DNA of 64,000 nt from Trichoplax adhaerens (lineage: Eukaryota > Animalia > Placozoa), in contig NW_002060969.1 in NCBI RefSeq assembly GCF_000150275.1, positions 496,001 through 560,000 of the forward strand, in the 5' to 3' direction. A program made the translations under genes and the position numbers. The notes under the pieces were generated by a model that was not told the origin of the DNA, did not search any database, and saw only the letters and a program-made list of their open reading frames with translations. Within the stretch, counting starts at the first letter, position 1; the number at the start of each line of letters is the position of its first letter. This document shows, one piece after another, positions 1-10,808 of this stretch.

Positions 1-201
1 TACTAACTTAATTTGCCAGAAAATATTTGACCGATTTCGGACGATTTCATGGCATTTATAGAATGAAAGGATTGTTTTGCGCTTGAGAACTACAAGTATC
101 ATCGTTAATAAACGATTACGAAGCAATATAAATTATGAGGTAATGGCACGTTTTACATATACGGGTATATACTTAACTGCATTAATTTCAACGAATATAC
201 T

Positions 202-1489
202 ATGAAAAGGCAAGAGGTACGAAAGTATCTTAAATTGATTAATCAATCTCAAGACAGCGAACTGGCAGTGAAGAGTAGCATTGGACCAACAATTAACACA
301 ATTGAAGGCAGTCGAAGTGTAGCAAATAAAATATATGATATTTCTAATTTCGGTAACAAACGTCCAGAGCATTTAATTTCGAATACTTCGAAAGCGATTC
401 CCAAACATCAAATAGTTACTGATAAAAATACTATCATTTTGCAAAAAGATGAAGAAGTCCAGAAAGAGTTGAAACAATATGATGCTTTTCAGCTTCAAGT
501 CGGTAATGATGCCGCAGTTGACGCCGTGAATAAGCGAAACTTTGGTAAACCATTCATTCAGACGAAAAACCAAAGAGGAACCCCTCTTTTTATTGCAGAT
601 TACTGTTCATATACTAATTCACAAAACAGTGATGATCTAAATTCTCCCAAACTGAGCATAAATCAAGAATTACATGACGTAAATTCCAAGAGGAAGCTTC
701 TCTTCACTCGCACTGCAGTTAGTAAAAATTCACACCGTATCCTTATGATGCCTGATCGCTTTCCTGTAAAAAATCCTCCCTCAACTAATAATCTAATGCT
801 AAATAGAAGAAAAGACATTAAAAATGAAAGACCGACAACAGCAATAAAGTTACCGTGGAATATAGAAGACAAGATACATATATGTTTGGAAAAAAAGTGT
901 GATAATATTCTTAATCGTAACAGATACATTTCAACTATCAAAAGCAATAATTTACGGCAAAATCGAAAAAGCGATGTCAGGCCTGATCCGATTTTTCCAG
1001 TAATAAGTCACTTAGTAACAGCTAAAAAGCATTCAAGATTCATATGTAATCGCAATAGTAGACAAAATAATTCATGTCCAAATACACGTACATCATCCTA
1101 TGTCCCTTCTGCTTCCGGAGGGATGTTTAGATTAAACCCTGCACCAATGACTAAGGAATTAAAGGAGAAAATTCTCTTAGAAAAGGAATTATATGAAGCG
1201 GACTTTGCTAAAGAAATTAAAATCGATACCGTTCTTCAGGTCTTAGATTTATCTGGTGAGTTATAAATATAACTAAAGATATCAAATATCATTATTTTGT
1301 TTTGTTACCAAAATAATAACTGCTCTAACCGTCTTAATTTCTTTCTGTACTTATACAGATTCAATTAAATCATCTGTAAAATCGAGAATCAATAAGAATA
1401 GAAAAAAAACTTTCCGACAAAATGTTCGATTTAGTCAGAATATGATCGAAATTTTTGAGTACTGGCCTCATTCCCCAATCCTACCATGA
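202..1489 (+). CDS. Uncharacterised basic, likely disordered protein (~394 aa); two exons 202-1255 and 1359-1489; C-terminal RVxF-like motif
   Basis: 354-codon ORF with a strong donor G|GTGAGT at 1256. After a pyrimidine tract and ATACAG (1357-1358) a phase-1-compatible exon reads DSIKSSVKSRINKNRKKTFRQNVRFSQNMIEIFEYWPHSPILP*. No recognisable domain. Confidence 0.7.
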
Positions 1490-3084
1490 AGATCTATAAT
1501 AATTCGGACTTCAGTATTTGTAGTAAGCCCCGATTTTTCTTCTATCATTTAAACAGTTTTAATCTTAAATCCTATTCCCGTACTAAGTAAAGCGTCCTAT
1601 TATCTAAATCTAACTTAATGTGACCTTTTCATTTAGCCTCTTTTTTAATCGTAATGCGAAAAAATATACAATGTGATATGCATACCGAGACCGCCGTACA
1701 TTACTCTATACGACTTCAATTAGTAGCACAATTTACCTCAAAATATCAATTGCATGTATTGTCTGAACAACTAATAAACTACACAACTCGTATTAGGTAT
1801 CAAAAATATATAAAGTAAATCGTTCATTTAAATTTTCGCAGTAAGACGAATTTAGCACTAACTTCATAGATAATAATTATACGGGTATATCATTGGTGAG
1901 ATTGTTGTGTTAAAGGATAGCAATAAAATGGCGAATTTCAATTCGAGAATATTTTTAAAACAGCGAACTACTCTTTCTTACTCAAGGCACTACAATAGTA
2001 TGAAAAAAATCTTTGGCTATAAGTTACTAACATCGGATTCCTTACACGATAATGTAACGAGTAACGGTTCTATTAGCAGCACTGATTGTGAATGATTACT
2101 ATAAGTAATTGCCATATTAGCTCAGAAAAAAATTTAACATCTTGATAGCTATAATGATGGTACTATCAAGTGAAAATGTAGACATTATGTAACCAGCTGC
2201 TAATCATGATCTTATTATTCTAGCATAAAATGACAGGACTTCTGAGTAATTAAGGGGTTATAAGTAATTATTGTATACCTATTTAAGAATAGAGGAAATT
2301 AGAGTATTTTCTTTAGTAGTCAATTTTATCTTTCCTGTACGCTAGCTAGACTTTGAAAATTATCAATATTATTGTTATAAATTTAAATTCGTAGTGACAA
2401 AAATAGAACTTTTACAGAAAACTAAAACTACTTTTAGTTGTACTGTCAGGTTTATCCTCCTAACATCTACCTACTGTGCGACTCTAAATACTGACTATTT
2501 CCTATTATAATTATCAGAAGGAACAGTAACAACACTATAAACAAAACTGAACTCAAACTTTATTGAAAAGTCAATTTATAGTAAATCTACATAATCATTA
2601 ATTATCAATTTATAGATAATATCATACAACTGTGCAATTATCCTTTAAAAATATATAAAACATCATAGATAAATTAATATTAGCCATTCCTAGATAAGTT
2701 ATCTTGCGGAAACTATGTTACGACAACTTGGAAAAATTGCTCCGCAATAACCATACGTATAACAAGTATTGCTACTTACTAAAATTTTTTATATTCCATA
2801 GTATTAGTTTCTAAATACTGTACTTTCTAACGATTGCGATTATAATTAACTGCAACTGCAACGTACGGTGTAGCAGAATTCAGATTTTTTTAAAGATTGC
2901 TACATATTCGGTACCTTTTCGTCCTACTGTAACTGTGCTCGTGTACCACCTGTACGTATTATACAATGAAGAGTGGGATAGATTTTCTTGTGCTCAGTAA
3001 TAGATACTGAATTTTTTGTGAAAAAAGCTACACCGGATTTCGTGGCTAGTTGTATCAAAATCATTTGACCATACTGTTCAGGCT

Positions 3085-3337
3085 TGTAATAAAAGTACCT
3101 CACAAATAAGTGTCTTAACCAAAGGAATTAAAAAAAAACTTTTATTACAAAGCTTAGGAATAGTAGAGCAACGAATAATTGCTGCAAGAATCTACTCTAA
3201 AGTATTCTGAGTTCACAGTGAAGTGATGTCTCTAATGTGAGCTCATCTCTGCAGTTCTTAAATTCATTTCATTAAATTCATTTATGATAACACGATTAGC
3301 TACAACTAGATTTAAGACGTCAAACAAAATACTTTTC
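3085..3337 (+). repeat. Dispersed ~250 bp repeat, copy A (inverted relative to 11978-12232)
   Basis: Colinear similarity to the reverse complement of 11978-12232, including an exact ~20 bp block GTGAGCTCATCTCTGCAGTT, plus TAGGAATAGTAGAGCAA and TCAAACAAAATACTTTTC. Confidence 0.75.
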
Positions 3338-5227
3338 CTTAAATGGATTATCATTATGTTCTACAATCTGAATCAATATACTTAAAATATCGCTACTCTT
3401 CTATTAATGCCCAGCATCTTTCGGTGCTAATTAACCGTAATTTAACTGCAAAATATATTTTCTACAGTATACAGAATGTACCTATAATAAAACAACATAA
3501 ATGATCATCAATCTTAAATTAGAACCCTGATTAGAACGTTCGAGTTTCCACTGTATTTTATCATAAAGTAATGTCACTTCAACTGTAAGTTCTAGTCAAA
3601 ATTAGCTGCTAGTTTTTAATCAAGATTGCAGTTTAAATACTGTGTTATAGATAAATTTATAGTCTTGCATTATGAAACTCTTAATAAAGTTAAGTTATCG
3701 AACGTTATTAAATTCCAACCCGAATAAAGTGGTCGGGTTTACGATATACTAAAATAATAAGTAGAATCTACCGTAATTAAATCAAATTAAGTTACTTTTA
3801 AAGTTACAATACTTACTAAAGTTAAAAAAATTGAAGGAGAATTCTAAAAATTAGCCTTTATTACAATTAGGATACTGGTGGATAGTGACAATAGTGAAAA
3901 CTTTAATAAGCTACGTATGTAATTACGTAGGTACATTACGCAACCCAAAAATATAATATTAGAGAAGGGCTACTATAAAATATAGTATTTACGCTAGCAG
4001 TCATTGTAATAAATATGCTGCATACGTATCTTTGAGAGATATCTATCTCTCTATTGTGTTATACGGCACCAATAATCTATAATTTGCTTTTATACCCTCC
4101 TTAGGACTGTTCATGTGTTCTACGATAGAAAGTAATACCGTACGGAACTGTGTGTAATAGGTATACTGATCACTAAGTAATAATCTGTACGGCAAAGTGT
4201 ACGGAGCAAAGCTAGATCCGACTGTACCCGTTTTACAACGGGTATTACGTAGCTAGTAGTTATATATTACTTTAAACCAAGTCACATCATGTCGCATACT
4301 GAAAGGCAACTAATCAAAACATGAATTTTAGCAATCGTAGAGAACGAATTCGTAGCTGAACAGACTAAAAGATACAACGAAGATCATGAATGGCAAACGA
4401 GCCCGTTAAGGTTAAGGGACTGTAGTGATTAATAGAAAATCAATTAACATTAATCTAATGTAGCTTGATCTTGTAAATGATAAATGTAGTTAAACCATTC
4501 CATTGACAAGCTATCGCAATAGTCCAGTGTAGAACGTATTTTCGGGAACTATTATGTCGTGATAATACTGTACACCTCTGCATACACTTAATTTTATTAT
4601 AACATAGAATTACAAAATATATGTAATGAGAAAGTGTAGTAATAGTTCGCATAGATGCTCAATATTGCTGGTTACTAGCACTTTTAAATGATACAGAATT
4701 AGTGAGTTCAAAGGCAAAATTTATTACAATGTATCAACTTTTGCCGCATCATATTTCTAGCATTAATATTGCAAAACACCGAAATAGTATTGTACCTACT
4801 GCTTGTAAAGCTTTCGAGTATTGAAGTCTTTACTTTGCCTAGTTTCAAATCCTCCACACTTACAATTTCCATAGTTGAAAAAAGCAGAATACATTTGAAA
4901 TGCATCTTATCTTCATATTATATTAGCTTAATATAATTGAGTACATGTAATCCAGAATATACAGTGATGAGCGTTATGGCTATCGCGATGATAGGTATGC
5001 ATTGCACTTATTTTTATAATGTTATAGTTATTTATGAATTTTATTCAGTGTGTCAACTTCTAATAATTACTGCATTTTTAGTTTCGGAAGAACAAACGTT
5101 GGCTACAATCGAGATATACTTTGTGAACATTCAATTTTCAGATTTATATCAATTAATCTTTTCCGATATGTTGAACAAAGAGACTTTTCCAATCACTAAA
5201 TCCGCTTGATTGAGAAGTTTTAACACT

Positions 5228-8200
5228 CTATTCTTGAGGACTAAAGTTCTTAAATAAAGATTTAGCTTCCTCTTGACTAATTAAATTACCACCCCAACGT
5301 AACTGATGTAGATTTTTAATGTTATTAATTATTAATTTTAATCCTCCTATGGTTATTTTGGTGTCACGAATATCTAATTCTCTCAAACGACAACTTTCGT
5401 GCTCTAATAGTATTTTGATATATTTCATTGCTTTGTTGCCTAATACATTATGACTGATATTTAAGTACTGCAAATTCTCTAACTGACCATGATCCCTGAC
5501 AAAATGATCAACGAGTCTTCTTATGCCAGATGCGCCCAAGCAATTTTCACTTAAATTTAAACTGTGTAATCCTTGACTAAGATTTTTAAGCCGGTCTGTA
5601 ATAAAATCTATTGCATCGTTTGTCAATTCACAGCCTTTTAAATCGCAGATTTTAGATTCCTGTATTTTCTGATTTCCTTCGCCATTAAATAAATGGCTGC
5701 ATTTAACAAAGCCTTTGATACTACTTATAAATTGATCATCGGATGTTTTTGTGTCGTCACTTTTATCGAAAGGTTGAGTGATTCTATACTCAGCGTTTGC
5801 TATAATCTCCAACAAATAAAGTTGATCATGAAATTTTTCGATTATTGTTAAAGCATTTTCTTTGTTAAGTTGATTCTTGAATAAGTTTATTGTACGAAGG
5901 TGTCGAAATTTCGTAGACTCTATCGCAGTCAATAGATAGAGAACCCCATCAATCGTAATATTGTTATAATCCAAGCCTACGTATCTTAATACCGGCATAA
6001 GATGTAAAACTTTTGCTAAAGGTTTTACATTCTTGTCTTGTAACTGATTCTCAACTAGATGTAGATCAGTTAAGTTCGAAAATCCATCAAGTTGAATTAA
6101 TTGGACCAATGGAGTAATATCACATGCAGAATTACTGAAAATCCAAGATAAATTTAAAACTTTAACACAATTTTTGGCATAAGATAAACAATCAATAACC
6201 GTCGATCGTTCGATTCCAAAGTTATCTAATGATTTTACCGCGAAATTGTCTTGACTTAATATTTCACAAAGGACTAGCAGGCCCTTTTCACCAAATGGAT
6301 TCCCACCTAAATGTAGTTCGTCTAATTTCGCGATGGCTACAGCAGGTATTAATTTATATAATATTGTGTCCGTAATATCGCACCAAGACATTCGAATCCC
6401 TCCTAAACTTTCGCCCATACTTGCTATTCCATCGGCAAACTGATCGATGTCATCTCCAGCTAAAGAATTTCCGATAATATTTAATTTGTCTATTTCCATC
6501 AACTTTCCCCTCATACATTTTCCTAATATATTAAATCCTTTTGCAGTCAATTTATTGCCTTTCAGATTTAATGACATTCGCATTTTGATCTTAATGTCAG
6601 CTAAAAGCTTGGGTAAAATATTCATTGTAGAGTCATCAATTTCACATTTGATTAGTTTTAGTGTGTTATCTGTGTCGGATAGTATTCTTCCACTAATTAT
6701 CGGAGATTTTAGAAGGGGTGCCAAAGCTTCGATACCAAGCATGCCGAGTGGATTATAACTTACGTTGAGACTAGAAATTTGACAATCAGGATCAATCATA
6801 GCGTTCACGTAAGCTATAATGCCTGCCTGACTAAATCTATTGTTTTCTAGGCGTAAAGAATGTAAGCAGTCATTACCTTGTAACCCCTCACATAAAGATA
6901 TGACCCCTTGATCACCCAGTCGGTTGGATCGTAAATCCAAGGTATATAAAGTGCGATTAACTTTTAACATTCTTCCGAACTCTCGTCCACCGTCAGACCC
7001 GATATTATTTCGTAAGAGTATCAAATTTCTAATTAAGAGATCTTTGTTATTGATAATGGCTTCAGCAATGGCAGTTGCAATAATATCACTGATACCTGCA
7101 TTTGTTAAGTCGATAGTAGTCAAGTTATTTTGGTTTTGAATGAGTAATTGGAGGTCTTCGTATGCAACATCGGGAATATGGTGGCCAATGGTAATTTTAA
7201 AAATTTTATCATTATCTTTTATAATGTGCAAAATATCTCTAATACCCTCCTGAGTTAGTTTCATTGTAGCTGGTAGATTAAGGGTTCGTATCATTTCATC
7301 TTCTTTATCCACGAACGCACTTACCAATAAATTAGCAGTATTAGTATCTATTCTTGCACATGAGATCCTCTTCACAAGCTCTCTTTTCGCCGGCAATCGC
7401 TTACCTATTTTCATTTTTTCAACCGCATTGTCTGTAAATTCAGAACTACCCTTCATAAACCCAGCACCCGAAAAATGCGAATCTTCGTATATATCCTTCT
7501 TTTCAGTTTCTGCCATTTCTTCAATCTTCTTCTGGCACGATTCTAGACTATCTTGAATACTAGCTATCTTAGCCTGTTGCTGACGATATAATTTCAATAG
7601 CTTTTCCAATGCTATGACTTTATCTGATTTCTGAGCTCGTACAATTTCAATTTCTTTCCTTTTCTTCTTGAGCTCTTGTTGTACCTCCTTCACATTATCA
7701 CTATGGACTGAATTATCTGCAATAGATTCTAGAATCTCGCTTAGCTGAAAAATCTTTTTTTCAAATTCGTCAATTTCACGGGTTGCGTCGTTAATACTTT
7801 TAATGAGGCTATTTCTTACTTTTTTTTGTTTTCTCATCTCCTCTTCCAATGCCTTAATCCTTGCTTCATATTCTTTAATGCGCTTTTTGACATTTCCTGT
7901 TGATCTTCGACCTTTAGCGTCAATCAATAATTTTTCAAGCCTCGACCAATTCATAAATGTGCTACATGTTAGCAACTTATTAGCTAGATCCGTTGATATG
8001 ATTGATATTGCTGTATATCTGTCCATGTTTTGGAAAAGCTCCTTCAAAGGATCGTCTGGGTGATGAATTATAATTTTTGCAGGAGCATTTTCGGTTAATT
8101 GTTGTAACAATTTATTCTTACTTTCAGTTATTAATCGATAATCATAGGTATAATCTCCTTGGGCATACAAGAAGATCGGTAAAATCCAGATAATGTCAGC

Positions 8201-8434
8201 AGTAGGGTCTCTCATAGCGTTGATTATATCGTCTACGCGATCACGCCATGAGTATAAGGATGATTCCAGATAACGCCGAAGGAGTTTCAAATATACTTTA
8301 TTGATGATCTGATTCCCAATCTTTAGTAAGAATCTTTCACTAGGTAAGTTAACTAATAAATTACTTACGCATTCGATAATTATTTGCGTATCGCATAGCA
8401 AAGGCAGCAAGATTCGAACGGTTTGAATCGTCAT
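5228..8434 (-). CDS. Intronless coiled-coil plus ribonuclease-inhibitor-type (NLRC3/RanGAP-like) leucine-rich repeat protein, ~1068 aa
   Basis: Uninterrupted ORF with an E/K-rich heptad region (ORF aa ~215-350) followed by many ~28-aa LRRs (LYTLDLRSNRLGDQGVISLCEGL, LHSLRLENNRFSQAG, LRYVGLDYNNITIDG, LQYLNISHNVLGNKA). Start placed at Met38 of the ORF (8434), because the upstream extension runs through CAGTA repeats. Confidence 0.85.
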   Translation of the reverse strand: MTIQTVRILLPLLCDTQIIIECVSNLLVNLPSERFLLKIGNQIINKVYLKLLRRYLESSLYSWRDRVDDIINAMRDPTADIIWILPIFLYAQGDYTYDYRLITESKNKLLQQLTENAPAKIIIHHPDDPLKELFQNMDRYTAISIISTDLANKLLTCSTFMNWSRLEKLLIDAKGRRSTGNVKKRIKEYEARIKALEEEMRKQKKVRNSLIKSINDATREIDEFEKKIFQLSEILESIADNSVHSDNVKEVQQELKKKRKEIEIVRAQKSDKVIALEKLLKLYRQQQAKIASIQDSLESCQKKIEEMAETEKKDIYEDSHFSGAGFMKGSSEFTDNAVEKMKIGKRLPAKRELVKRISCARIDTNTANLLVSAFVDKEDEMIRTLNLPATMKLTQEGIRDILHIIKDNDKIFKITIGHHIPDVAYEDLQLLIQNQNNLTTIDLTNAGISDIIATAIAEAIINNKDLLIRNLILLRNNIGSDGGREFGRMLKVNRTLYTLDLRSNRLGDQGVISLCEGLQGNDCLHSLRLENNRFSQAGIIAYVNAMIDPDCQISSLNVSYNPLGMLGIEALAPLLKSPIISGRILSDTDNTLKLIKCEIDDSTMNILPKLLADIKIKMRMSLNLKGNKLTAKGFNILGKCMRGKLMEIDKLNIIGNSLAGDDIDQFADGIASMGESLGGIRMSWCDITDTILYKLIPAVAIAKLDELHLGGNPFGEKGLLVLCEILSQDNFAVKSLDNFGIERSTVIDCLSYAKNCVKVLNLSWIFSNSACDITPLVQLIQLDGFSNLTDLHLVENQLQDKNVKPLAKVLHLMPVLRYVGLDYNNITIDGVLYLLTAIESTKFRHLRTINLFKNQLNKENALTIIEKFHDQLYLLEIIANAEYRITQPFDKSDDTKTSDDQFISSIKGFVKCSHLFNGEGNQKIQESKICDLKGCELTNDAIDFITDRLKNLSQGLHSLNLSENCLGASGIRRLVDHFVRDHGQLENLQYLNISHNVLGNKAMKYIKILLEHESCRLRELDIRDTKITIGGLKLIINNIKNLHQLRWGGNLISQEEAKSLFKNFSPQE

Positions 8435-10808
8435 GATTAGACATTCACTAATGTGTAATTTTTTAAGCGGATCAGTACGGCTGATTTTTTTACTACTTGT
8501 TGCAGTGTACAGTACAGTACTGTACGTGTATGAGTTAACATGCACTATGCACGCGTACTATCTAGTGCGCTACAATGCAGTAGTATACAATAATGAGTGG
8601 GTACAAAGTAATTAATCCGCTATTATCACCTTCACGACAGTACAGTGACCAATATTAATTCAAATTATTAATAAAATAAAATTTACAGTATATTTCTACT
8701 GTATACTTCTTATGTTACTTTTTACTTTTTATTTTGCTTTTACGTTATTGAAGGAACGTTGGGAAGTGTTGGTATACAGTACCGTACAGTGTACTGTACA
8801 GTGTATACCTGCTTTAGAGCACTTGAGAAGTAAAAAGCTCGTAAAGGAATCAATCAAGGGTGACTCTCGAAAGTTATGATAAAACGGCAGTTTCAACTCA
8901 GCATGAGCCCTTTCTCTCCGAACGTAATAGTTTATCTATTTGCGGCTAGTTAAGTTGAGGCAAAGTAGCTCAAATTAGACATTGTAATTGACAGTGAATA
9001 CTGCATTGCGCTTTACGCGTTTACCGCATGCAGCATACAGTCCTGAGATCATCATTATGGTCACAGGACTGTAGCATAACAATGATATTATTCATTGTAC
9101 TGTACAAGATACACTAATTGTACAATACTTGCAGTCCGCGACAGCATCGAGGAACCATCATAATCATGTATTTGCTTTGCCGGTTTAACCTTGATTAAGC
9201 TAATGCCCAAAATCAAATTGTACTCATCTTTGCCGTTTTATTTTCATTTATTGTTTTCTGATCTATTATTTTTGTATAAGTTTGGATATTTTCGATTTTT
9301 AAAATAATTCTCTTCAGCAAGTTTAATAATGAATGCATCTGTAGAGCCGTCAGCGAATATACACCTACAGTATACTTGACCATCTCCTTCTTCCGAGTAT
9401 GGTAGAAACAGGCGACATCGCCTGGTAGAAGTTGCTGATTGCCGTAGAGAAGTTGTACACTGAAGAGTAGTGTTCCAACAAAAATCTCGATTCGATTCGG
9501 TTCGAATTTCTCGAATCTAAAGAGTACTAGATAGTCGCTCGTTACACTGCTGTAGTGCACTGTATGTACATTATACATATATAATTTCCCTGACTAAGCA
9601 TTTTACTGAAAATATTATTAATAAAATAGCGAAATCCATGCAATATAGTGCAATTTTAAGTTAATAACAGCGTGACACACATGCAATCACATTAATATAA
9701 TTAATATAATTTGATGATTAATTGAAGGATTTTATTACGTAAGATAAGCGAGTGATACAATTCTACATCTGAAAATAACAATAGTATCAGTCAGTCATAA
9801 ACCGCGATATTTTAATGCCAAGTTAATTAGTTAGCCTCTTGAAAAAGCGAATATAGTAATAAGGGGCATTTGCTTAATTGTCAATGATTTTAGTAATAAA
9901 CCGAAACTTTTAAGTGAGAATACAAAAGTACGTGCGTACGATTATTATAATTAACTTAGTTGGCCATAATAATTCGGACTAAAATAGCTATTTCTTTATT
10001 TTAGGAACTGTAATATGCATGACACATAATTGCAGATATCATAGCCAATCGCGCCAGCGTCTAGTACTATATAACATACATGTATCATTACAATAGTTTT
10101 ATTAAAGTTTAACTTGAAGTTATCCTTATTATTATTATTATTATTATAAACATTCCTGAGGTTGCCGGAAGTAGAATAAAAAGCAAACCCTTAAATATCA
10201 GACAATAGGAGCTATATCACTGCGATCCTATTTACTAATCTTCTCGGCATGTACCCAAAAATATTACAGAAATATAATATAGTGCTCGTATTTACTCGTA
10301 TTAACAGTAGGATTTTTGTTTCATTTCTTACATAGGAAATTATCAATTTCGTGTCAGTTTCGACTCTCAATTGATGAAAGACTGACAGTTAAACACAGTA
10401 ACTAGTGAAGGTAGATATTTAGTAACATGCATTTGTAGAGCAACGCACGCGTAAAACAATGTTTTAACTAACGACCAACGCTAAGTGCTGCGATTCGTGA
10501 GGGCAAATCAAAAACTACTAAAGAGTAAAGACTACTTTTCTTTAGTACTGTCTGGTACGGCATTTGAATATCTCTAATAGGAGTAGCAAGTAGATACTGG
10601 TATAACGATTTCATACTGAGTAATTCGTAATAAGTTTGCTTTAATATATATGAAAATAAAATCAATGAACAGCAATAGTAATAATAAATTGACATATGAT
10701 TCTCATCTAGCAGTAATTCAGTTTATATACAATCTATGTAATATTTTTAAGGACTGGCACTGCAAATTATAAATACTAGTATTAGTGCCCTACACTTCAT
10801 ATTAAATG

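Noticed and set aside
6447-8063. Plus-strand ORFs overlapping the LRR gene (and similar antisense ORFs over other CDSs)
   Set aside because: Antisense shadows of real coding sequence, with no independent features.
8435-8545. N-terminal 37-aa extension of the LRR ORF
   Set aside because: It translates the CAGTA array (YSTVLY); more likely 5' UTR or promoter, with Met38 as the start.
10124-10147. (TTA)n microsatellite
   Set aside because: Ordinary short simple repeat.
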